From NCBI GenBank assembly GCA_040081625.1, contig JBEBGD010000032.1, forward strand, positions 1 through 51,865: a stretch of 51,865 bases of DNA. The letters are read 5' to 3'. The stretch is from Chthoniobacteraceae bacterium (GTDB lineage: Bacteria > Verrucomicrobiota > Verrucomicrobiia > Chthoniobacterales > Chthoniobacteraceae). The notes below the pieces were generated by a model. That model had not been told where the DNA came from. It saw nothing but the letters and a program-made list of their open reading frames with translations, and searched no databases. The position numbers and the translations under genes were made by a program. Below, in pieces: positions 43,630 through 51,865 of this stretch; position 1 is the stretch's first letter; every line of letters begins with the position of its first letter.

Positions 43630-44823
43630 ATGAAAAAAGCTGTCCTCTCGCTTGCCCTCTCGCTCGCTGCCCTCGCGATGCCAGCGGCTGTGGATGCGGC
43701 GGTCGTCTTCACCTCGCGCGAAGGCTGGACTGCGGAAGGCGATCCGGCGACGGAAGCCGCGCCGGCTGAACTCATGCGCAAGGCTGAGGAGCAGGAAGCC
43801 GCCGGCCAGCTCAGCGCCGCGCTCGGCACTTACAAGCAGATCGTGAAACGCCACCCGGTGTCGATCTTCGCCGGCAAATCGCAGCGCAAGGTCGGCCGCA
43901 TCCTCGAGGCCGCCGGCGAATACGATTCCGCTTACGAGGCCTACACGCTCTACCTCACCAAGTATCCGAAGGGCGAAGATTTCGAGGGCGTGGTGGAGTC
44001 GATGTTCAATATCGCGAAGCTCTTCCTCGAAGGGGAAAAGAAAAAGATCCTCGGGGTGAAAATCGCCTCATCGATGGAGCGGGCGCAGCAGATGTTCGAG
44101 GGCATCGTCCGGCGCGCGCCGTTCAGCAAATGGGCGCCGCTCTCGCAGTTCAACGCCGGCCAGGCGCTCGAGAAGATGGGCAAATACAGCGAGGCCATCG
44201 CCGCCTACAGCGTCGTCGTCTCGAAGTATCCCGCCGACGACGTCGCCGACGACGCGCAGTATCAGATCGGTTACGTGCGGCTGAAGCAGTATCGCGAAGG
44301 CAGCTACGATCAGGCCGGCGCGCAGAAGGCCCGCGAGGCCTTTGAGGATTTCATCAACCGCTATCCCGAGAGCGAGAAGGTCGCGCAGGCGCAGGAGAAC
44401 ATGAAAGCGCTCGAAGGCGGCTCGACGAAGGGCACGCTCGACGTCGCGAAGTTCTACGACAAGACCAAGCAGTTCAAAGCCGCCGTCATCTATTACAACG
44501 ACGTGATCAAGGCTGCGCCTGACACGCCCGAGGCCACCTTCGCTAAGACCCGCATCGAGGAACTGCGCACCAAATACGGCGAGGACGCCCTGCGCGCCGG
44601 CCCCGAGCGCGCCGAGACCGGGCAGAAAGCCGCCGTCCGCCGCAAGCTCCAGGCGAAAGTCGAAACCGCGTCGCGTCCCGATTACGTCGGCCCGCCGGTG
44701 AACATGCCCGCGCCCGATGAAGTCGCGCCGGGTCGGCCGAAGCTGCGCGGCTCGCCGATCGCGCCGGTGCCCGCCGTCGAGCCCGACCTGCCGAAGGGCG
44801 GCGAGCCAAAAAAAGATCAATGA
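43630..44823 (+). CDS. bamD: Outer-membrane assembly factor BamD-like TPR protein
   Basis: Multiple TPRs, YDQ...AREAFEDFINRYPES, VAKFYDK...AAVIYYNDVI; adjacent to lptE. Confidence 0.78.
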   Translation: MKKAVLSLALSLAALAMPAAVDAAVVFTSREGWTAEGDPATEAAPAELMRKAEEQEAAGQLSAALGTYKQIVKRHPVSIFAGKSQRKVGRILEAAGEYDSAYEAYTLYLTKYPKGEDFEGVVESMFNIAKLFLEGEKKKILGVKIASSMERAQQMFEGIVRRAPFSKWAPLSQFNAGQALEKMGKYSEAIAAYSVVVSKYPADDVADDAQYQIGYVRLKQYREGSYDQAGAQKAREAFEDFINRYPESEKVAQAQENMKALEGGSTKGTLDVAKFYDKTKQFKAAVIYYNDVIKAAPDTPEATFAKTRIEELRTKYGEDALRAGPERAETGQKAAVRRKLQAKVETASRPDYVGPPVNMPAPDEVAPGRPKLRGSPIAPVPAVEPDLPKGGEPKKDQ

Positions 44824-45347
44824 ACAACGGAAAGCTCGCGGTCCTCGTCGCCGCCCTCGCCCTGCCTGGCTGCGCCGGGTATCAGGTCGGCTCGATCAAG
44901 CCCACGCCGATGGCAAACGTGCGCACGCTCGCGGTGCCCACCTTCAAGAACGAAACGCTCGAGCCGCGCATCGAGGTGCTGCTCGCGAACACGCTCATCA
45001 AGCAGATCCAGCAGGACGGCACCTACAAGATCGCCCGCGAGCAGGATGCCGACGCGGTCCTCGAGTGCACGCTCGATGAGATCGAGCGCCGGCCGCAGCG
45101 CAGCGCCCGCGGCAATGTGCTGCTCACGCGCGAATACGAACTCGTGATGCGGGTTCGCTATCGCGTGGTCGATCGAAAGACCGGCGCGGACCTGATGAGC
45201 CGTAGCGTGACGGGCACGACGCATTTTTTTGTCAGTGGCGCCAATGCGCTCACCGCCGACGTGCTCCAGGACGAGCGCCAGGCGCTCCCGCTGGCGATGG
45301 AGCAAGCCGCCATCCGGCTCGTCGCGCAGATCAGCGAAGGCTGGTAG
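44820..45347 (+). CDS. lptE: LPS-assembly lipoprotein LptE-like
   Basis: LPGC lipobox then AGY; TLAVPTFKNET, ADAVLE, REYEL; C-terminal EGW. Confidence 0.78.
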   Translation: MNNGKLAVLVAALALPGCAGYQVGSIKPTPMANVRTLAVPTFKNETLEPRIEVLLANTLIKQIQQDGTYKIAREQDADAVLECTLDEIERRPQRSARGNVLLTREYELVMRVRYRVVDRKTGADLMSRSVTGTTHFFVSGANALTADVLQDERQALPLAMEQAAIRLVAQISEGW

Positions 45348-45349
45348 GC

Positions 45350-46705
45350 CTACGCGTTAGCGCGGAACCACCCCGCGAAAAGCCCGCCGCGCCGCTTCTC
45401 CTCGAACTGGCTGCGTCGCACGTCGGCTGCGAGTTCGCCCACGGCGCGGTGCCGGTCCGCGGGATTAAGTGAGAGCGCCTTCATCGCGACGGCGGCGAGC
45501 GAGACGGGGAGTTTGCCGTCCGGTAGATGCGGCAGCGGGCGCGTGCCGAGCAGTTCCATGGGCGAGGGGATGCGACCGGCGATGACCTGGTCGAAAATCT
45601 CGCCCGCATCCGAGCCGCTCACGGGCGGGACGAGCGTGAGGACCTGGTAGAGCATCGCGCCGAGCGCATACACATCGGCGCGCCCATCGACTTCGTGCGA
45701 GCGGCCGCTCGCCTGCTCTGGCGACATGAATTGCGGCGTGCCGATCGCGCGACCGGCCATGGTCATGAATTCACCACCGTCTTCCGAGCGCACCGAGCGG
45801 ACCATCGAGCGCGGCTTCTCGACATCGGTGTCGGTGTTCGCGTCGCGTCCGAGCGCCTTCGCGAGTCCCCAGTCCATCACGAGCACGTCGCCGTAATCGC
45901 CGAGCATGATGTTCTCCGGCTTGAGATCGCGGTGCACGACTCCCTTCGAGTGCGCGTAGGCGATGGCGTCGCAGATTTTCTGGAAGACCTCGATCAACTC
46001 GCCCAGCGGCCAGCGCTCCGTCGCTCCGGGCCGCCCGTCGCGCAGCGCCGCGAGCACGTCACCGAGCGACTCGCCGCGCACGAGCTTCATCGTATAGAAG
46101 GGCTTGTCCTGCTCGTTCACGTTCAGTTCGTAGATCGGAACGATGTGGGGATGCTCGAGCTGCGCGGTGATCTGCGCCTCCTCGACGAAGCGCGCGATGT
46201 CCTCCGGCGTCTGCACGTTCAGCAGCACCTTCATCGCGACGGGCCGGCGCGTGGAGAGATCCTCCGCCGCGAGCACCGCGCCCATGCCGCCGACCGCGAT
46301 CAGCTCGTTCACCTTGTATTTGCGATCGCTGCGAAGCTCCGCCGGCAGGAAGCGCACGACCGCCGCCGTCTGCGGCGCGAGCATTTCATCGGCGTGGTCG
46401 ATCGGCAGGCGCCGGAGATGCAGATGCACATTTCCCACGCGGAGATTCTGCCCGGGGAAGATCATCATCGATCCGCGAATGCTCACGTCCGCGACCCAAG
46501 TGCCGTTCGAGCTGCCGAAATCCTCGATCGTCCAGTCGAAGTAATTGAGCGTGAGCTGGCCGTGACGGCGCGAGACTTTGTTCGCATCGAGCCGGATATC
46601 CGAGCCGGCTTCGCGTCCGATCACGTAGTCTCCGGGCGGGAGGAGCTGTTTGAAAATCTCGCGGCCGTCGAGAATGGCGGTGAGCTCGGTTTGCGGGACA
46701 ATCAC
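45350..46705 (-). CDS. FHA-domain Ser/Thr protein kinase
   Basis: FHA (IGR, VSRRHG, DFGSSNGT); kinase GGMGAV, VAMK, HRDLKPEN, DWG, GTPQFMSPEQ, DVYALG. Confidence 0.93.
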   Translation of the reverse strand: MIVPQTELTAILDGREIFKQLLPPGDYVIGREAGSDIRLDANKVSRRHGQLTLNYFDWTIEDFGSSNGTWVADVSIRGSMMIFPGQNLRVGNVHLHLRRLPIDHADEMLAPQTAAVVRFLPAELRSDRKYKVNELIAVGGMGAVLAAEDLSTRRPVAMKVLLNVQTPEDIARFVEEAQITAQLEHPHIVPIYELNVNEQDKPFYTMKLVRGESLGDVLAALRDGRPGATERWPLGELIEVFQKICDAIAYAHSKGVVHRDLKPENIMLGDYGDVLVMDWGLAKALGRDANTDTDVEKPRSMVRSVRSEDGGEFMTMAGRAIGTPQFMSPEQASGRSHEVDGRADVYALGAMLYQVLTLVPPVSGSDAGEIFDQVIAGRIPSPMELLGTRPLPHLPDGKLPVSLAAVAMKALSLNPADRHRAVGELAADVRRSQFEEKRRGGLFAGWFRANA

Positions 46706-46749
46706 GCGACCGGGCTACCTACCCGCCGGCATCGCTGCAAGCCGCGATC

Positions 46750-47217
46750 TTACAGCCGGCTGTAGGTGAACCAGACGAGCGCCGTAAGCAGCAGCATGAC
46801 GAGCAGCCAGAACACGCGCGAGGCGAGGAGCAGTCGGCTGCTTTTTTGCGCGGCGGGCGAGGTCTCGACGACGATGGGCAGTCTGACCGCGGGGCTGGCG
46901 GCGACTTCCGCCAGCGGCTCGGGCGCGACTTCGGGCTTCACCTTCGCGATGGACTCGAGCGGCACCGCTTCCACCACGATCTCCTCCGGCTCCGCGACGA
47001 GTGTGCCGGCCTTGCGCATCTGCTCGAGCTGGATCTTCGCCTCGATGAAAGCGCGCTGCGTGGCGGCGAACTGCGCCATGAGGACGGGGTCGGGCTTTCC
47101 GCCAGCAGCCTGCGCGACGGCGACACTGTGCCGCAACAGCTCCAGCTCCACAGCTTGCGCGGTGACAGCTTTTTCAGTCAGTGGTGTGCTGGGTGCGGGA
47201 GCGTGCGGCAACGACAT
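46750..47217 (-). CDS. Hypothetical protein with a C-terminal TM helix
   Basis: Helical N-half, acidic Pro-rich linker, hydrophobic tail VFWLLVMLLLTALVWF; co-oriented with the kinase. Confidence 0.6.
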   Translation of the reverse strand: MSLPHAPAPSTPLTEKAVTAQAVELELLRHSVAVAQAAGGKPDPVLMAQFAATQRAFIEAKIQLEQMRKAGTLVAEPEEIVVEAVPLESIAKVKPEVAPEPLAEVAASPAVRLPIVVETSPAAQKSSRLLLASRVFWLLVMLLLTALVWFTYSRL

Positions 47218-47294
47218 GTCGCGGTCGTGAAGCTGCCCCCGTGCCCGCAGGACCCCGGAAATAGCAGGTTGACGGGCGGCGGTTGAAAGGACAT

Positions 47295-47310
47295 ATCAAC
47301 CCATCCTGAT
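47295..47310. promoter_or_regulatory. Imperfect palindrome upstream of metK, SahR-like operator candidate
   Basis: ATCAA-N6-CTGAT overlapping a possible -10 (CATATC, 47292) located 17 bp after TTGACG (47269-47274). Confidence 0.4.
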
Positions 47311-47367
47311 GCGTCTATGGGTTCTGTCCCGCGCTTCGGGGCCACACGTCCACTCACACTCCCGATT

Positions 47368-48540
47368 ATGCCTCGTCGTTTCATCTTCTCGTCCGAATCC
47401 GTCGGTGAAGGCCATCCCGACAAAGTCTGCGACACCATCTCCGATGCCGTGCTCGACGCCTGCCTCACGCAGGACGCGAACAGCCGCGTCGCCTGCGAGA
47501 CCTACGCGAAGTCGAACATCGTCATCGTCGGCGGCGAGATCACGACCAAGGCGAAGCTCGACTACGTGCAGATCGTCCGCGATGCCGTGCGCGAGATCGG
47601 CTACGTGAATGACGACGACGTTTTCCACGCCGACCGCATCTTCGTGCAGAACATCATCACCGCGCAGTCGCCCGACATCGCGCAGGGCGTGGACGAAGCG
47701 AGCGCCGAAGGCAAGGGCCACGCGGAGCAGGGAGCGGGGGATCAGGGATTGATGTTCGGCTACGCGTGCAACGAGACGCCCGAGCTGATGCCCGCGCCGA
47801 TCATGTATGCGCACCAGCTCGGCCGCCGGCTCACCGCGATCCGCAAGAGCGGCCAGGTGCCGTGGCTGCGGCCCGACGCGAAGTCGCAGGTCTCCGTGAT
47901 CTACGAAGGCAACGACGTGGTCGGCATCTCGAACGTCGTCATCTCCACGCAGCATTCCGCCGACGTGAAGCACAAGGAGATCAAGGATTTCCTCATCAGC
48001 GAAGTCATCCGCAAGGAACTGCCCGCCAAATTTCTCAGCAACGAAACCGAACTCCTCATCAACCCGACCGGCCGCTTCGTCGTCGGCGGACCGCAGGGCG
48101 ACACGGGGCTGACGGGGCGGAAAATCATCGTCGATACGTATGGCGGCATGGGCCGGCATGGCGGCGGCGCCTTCTCGGGCAAGGACCCGAGCAAAGTCGA
48201 TCGCAGCGCCGCCTACATGGCGCGCTGGGTGGCGAAGAACGTCGTGGCCGCGGGCCTCGCGACGAGCTGCGAAGTGCAGTTCGCCTACGCCATCGGGCAT
48301 CCCGATCCGGTGAGCGTCCACATCGACACGTTTGGCACCGCCAAGGTCGAGGAGGAGAAGATCGAGCGCGCGGTGAAGGAAGTCTTCAACTTCAAGCCGC
48401 GCCGCATCGTCGAGCAGCTCAACCTGCTGCGCCCGATCTACGGCAAGACGACCAACTACGGCCACTTCGGCAAGACCGATCCCGACATCACCTGGGAGAA
48501 GACCGACAAGGCCGACGCGCTCAAGGCGGCGGCGCGGTAG
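47368..48540 (+). CDS. metK: S-adenosylmethionine synthetase
   Basis: [38 protein letters not shown]. Confidence 0.98.
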   Translation: MPRRFIFSSESVGEGHPDKVCDTISDAVLDACLTQDANSRVACETYAKSNIVIVGGEITTKAKLDYVQIVRDAVREIGYVNDDDVFHADRIFVQNIITAQSPDIAQGVDEASAEGKGHAEQGAGDQGLMFGYACNETPELMPAPIMYAHQLGRRLTAIRKSGQVPWLRPDAKSQVSVIYEGNDVVGISNVVISTQHSADVKHKEIKDFLISEVIRKELPAKFLSNETELLINPTGRFVVGGPQGDTGLTGRKIIVDTYGGMGRHGGGAFSGKDPSKVDRSAAYMARWVAKNVVAAGLATSCEVQFAYAIGHPDPVSVHIDTFGTAKVEEEKIERAVKEVFNFKPRRIVEQLNLLRPIYGKTTNYGHFGKTDPDITWEKTDKADALKAAAR

Positions 48541-48542
48541 TC

Positions 48543-48980
48543 GTCCACAGATTGCACGGATTTTCACAGATTACTTTGAAAGGGGATCCTCAGACTTACG
48601 CGATCATTGGGGCGGCGATGGAGGTGCATCGCGAGTTGGGGCATGGCTTTCTCGAAGCGGTGTATCAAGCGGCGCTCGCGCTGGAGTTCAGGGAACGAGA
48701 GATTCCATTCGAGGCCGAGGTCGCGCTGCCGGTCCGCTACAAAGGCAAGCTGCTTACGTGCGGTTATCGCGCGGACTTTGTTTGTTTCGGCGACATTGTC
48801 GTCGAGACGAAAGCCATCTCGCATCTCACCGGCGCCGACCAAGGTCAGTTGCTCAACGAACTCAAAGCCACCGGAATCCACCGCGGTCTGCTCCTCAATT
48901 TCGGCTCCCCGAGTCTCGAACATCAGCGCCTGGTCTTCGGCCCCGACCCAAATCTGTGTGAATCCGTGAAATCTGTGGAC
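48543..48980. mobile_element. Inverted-repeat-bounded GxxExxY cassette between metK and ahcY
   Basis: Left arm 48543-48572 GTCCACAGATTGCACGGATTTTCACAGATT; right arm 48951-48980 AATCTGTGTGAATCCGTGAAATCTGTGGAC; 27/30 complementary. Mobility is inferred, not shown. Confidence 0.75.
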
Positions 48981-49003
48981 CTCCACCCAAGCAACCAATC
49001 GAT

Positions 49004-49007
<4 letters not shown>
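48576..49007 (+). CDS. GxxExxY protein (PD-(D/E)XK nuclease-like)
   Basis: [31 protein letters not shown]...VVETKA, GLLLNFG. TTG start at 48576 (or 48552); TGA overlaps the ahcY ATG. Confidence 0.92.
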
Positions 49008-50428
<1,421 letters not shown>

Positions 50429-50437
50429 GACGCTCGA

Positions 50438-50941
50438 TTATTTCGGCGCTTTTTTGTCCAAGTTCCGGTCCTGATTTTTCCGGCCAACTAGGAACGTCGT
50501 AACAAGTCCACCCACGGTCGTAGTCAGCACAGTGCCTGCGAGCCAGACTTGACCGATAATTCCGAAGTAAAGACCGAGCGCGCCAAAGAGCAGTGCGAGG
50601 ATAAAGGCCAGAATCTGACCGCGACGACTTTGTTCGATTTGTGAATCGACGACCTTGGCTTCGATTTTATGTCGATGGTCGGATTGTTGCTCGACGAGTT
50701 TGAACAGGCGCTCCGCCCCGTTCTCAAACGCAGCGCTGTAACCTTGCAATAACTCTGCGGGTGGAACCGGGCTGGTGGTTAATCGCGACTGCTGCACAAC
50801 CACCGACTCGCCGATTGGCGGGCTCAGCGCTTGGAGAAGCTCGAGTATCTGCTGCTTCTTTTCTCCGGGAAGGTTCTTTAGCAGCCCGGGCTTCGTCTCT
50901 CGGACGAGTTTCTCAAGCTGCTTCTCCTCCGGAGAACTCAC
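50438..50941 (-). CDS. DUF2335-family membrane protein
   Basis: SPVPPAELLQGY...GAERLFKLVEQQSDHRH...RRGQ followed by two TMs; visibly lower GC than its neighbours. Confidence 0.82.
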   Translation of the reverse strand: MSSPEEKQLEKLVRETKPGLLKNLPGEKKQQILELLQALSPPIGESVVVQQSRLTTSPVPPAELLQGYSAAFENGAERLFKLVEQQSDHRHKIEAKVVDSQIEQSRRGQILAFILALLFGALGLYFGIIGQVWLAGTVLTTTVGGLVTTFLVGRKNQDRNLDKKAPK

Positions 50942-51168
50942 AAATCGAGCAACTGTTGCTTTTGCTGTGCCGCCTGCGCCTTCACGGCCACATCGCGGAT
51001 GTCTTGCCCGACCATCGCGAAGTCTTGCCGGAGAGCCCGGGCATCAGCAACCGCTGGAGAACCTGAGCGATTGTAGAGAAAATACTCGCCACCCAAATTG
51101 AAAACCGTGCCGGCTCCGGTGAGGTAGGAGCCATCAGCAACGAGGAAGTCGGTATATTGTCGTTCCAT
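50938..51168 (-). CDS. Small hypothetical protein translationally coupled to the DUF2335 gene
   Basis: 76 aa, SYLTGAGTVFNLGG...ADARALRQDFAMVGQDI; GTGA overlap; AT-rich upstream region. Confidence 0.75.
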   Translation of the reverse strand: MERQYTDFLVADGSYLTGAGTVFNLGGEYFLYNRSGSPAVADARALRQDFAMVGQDIRDVAVKAQAAQQKQQLLDL

Positions 51169-51282
51169 AATTCAGTTTTCTTTTGCCGATATAATCGAGA
51201 GCGGCAAGCCCGATTTGTGTATTTCTCTTTGTTCTAGTTTGAGAACGCACGTGCGGGGTCCCCTTCGCGGGGCGGGCGTTGA

Positions 51283-51470
51283 GTCCCGCAGGGACGGCAG
51301 AGATTAGCCCCGGGCGTCAGCCCGGGGATTCCCATCCGCAAACGACCCAGCCCCGGAGGGGCGACAGAGCGAGGCGAAGGGTTCTGCCGCCCCTCCGGGG
51401 CTGTTCCGTGTTTGGGGGCGGTGGACCCCGGGCTGACGCCCGGGGCTAATGTCTTCCGCACCTTCGGTGC
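51283..51470. repeat. Nested GC-rich palindromic element (REP/REPIN- or IS200/IS605-end-like, non-coding)
   Basis: Outer arms 51303-51327 and 51426-51450 are a perfect 25-bp inverted repeat; inner arms 51348-51368 and 51383-51403 match 20/21; small hairpins at each end. Confidence 0.88.
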
Positions 51471-51493
51471 TGCGGCGCCAGAGGCGCCGACCT

Positions 51494-51829
51494 AAGGCTT
51501 GAGGTGATTGACCTCGGCATTGGGCTCGCGCTCCCCGGCATTGGGCTCGCGCTCCCCGGCACTGGGCCCGCGCTTCCCGGCATTGGGCTCGCGCTTCCCG
51601 GCATTGGGCTCGCGCTTCCCGGCATTGGGCTCGCGCTCCCCGGCACCGGGGGCGCGCGCCCCGGCGGCGGGGTGATTTTCCTCTCGGTCGGGGTGTTTTA
51701 CCCCACGGTCGGGGTCATTTACCCCGAGATCGGGGTGTTTTGCCCCGACGGCGGGGTGTTTTACCCCGATTGTCCGATGTTTTACTCCGACGATGGGGTC
51801 TTTTACCCCGAGCGCGGGGAGCGGGACCG
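51494..51829. repeat. 16-unit in-phase 21-bp tandem array with two unit types
   Basis: Type A CGGCATTGGGCTCGCGCTYCC x6 (51515-51640); type B cgNNNNCGGGGTGTTTTACCC-like x7 (51662-51808); transitional units keep the exact 21-bp phase. Confidence 0.92.
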
Positions 51830-51833
51830 GGCG

Positions 51834-51865
51834 CTACGGATTGCCGCCGCCGCCAGCGGGTGGGG
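51834..51865 (-). CDS. Possible 3' end of a gene entering from the right edge (...PPAGGGNP*)
   Basis: Only 32 bp visible; TAG at 51836-51834 directly before the tandem array. The frame is a guess. Confidence 0.3.
   Translation of the reverse strand, partial: PPAGGGGNP

Noticed and set aside
47218..47367. SAM or SAH riboswitch
   Set aside because: No conserved core or terminator was recognised by eye; an Rfam scan would be needed to exclude it formally.
51234..51646. ORFs 51234-51461 and 51446-51646 (MPGSASP repeats) as genes
   Set aside because: They are translations of the palindromic element and the tandem array, with no independent coding evidence.
51494..51829. CRISPR array
   Set aside because: The units are contiguous 21-mers with no unique spacers, and no cas genes are present in the window.

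Overview
High-GC bacterial chromosomal segment, most likely Verrucomicrobiota (PVC group). That assignment is inferred from gene content: a Rhodopirellula/Verrucomicrobium-type ECF sigma with FecR partner, DUF1552/DUF1592 and DUF1549-DUF1553/DUF1501 pairs, an NxxGxxAF-repeat surface protein and linked bamD-lptE. About 40 CDS can be supported. In order: an OmpR-type two-component system with TolC/MFP efflux genes, divergent from a GT2 + ArnT-like pair; ftsH; sufS-sufU; a feoA-feoA-feoB operon with a Fur-like box; vapBC; several secreted hydrolases; a divergent PanB-like enzyme; three heme-c/Tat-partner DUF modules; an orphan hpnJ; bamD-lptE; an FHA Ser/Thr kinase; metK-(GxxExxY)-ahcY; and a DUF2335 two-gene cassette. 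No rRNA, tRNA, CRISPR array or transposase was recognised. The strongest candidate for an undescribed system is a family of 9-bp-periodic (CACRGAT)x3 inverted-repeat elements placed directly after stop codons in housekeeping operons. One copy encloses a GxxExxY PD-(D/E)XK nuclease gene between metK and ahcY; the other is an empty copy between sufS and sufU. Other notable signals: a 16-unit 21-bp tandem array and a nested REP-like palindrome at the right edge, 11-bp-periodic response-regulator boxes that predict two regulons, and a DUF1501 3' remnant marking a probable rearrangement. All family assignments come from motif recognition by eye; no searches were run.
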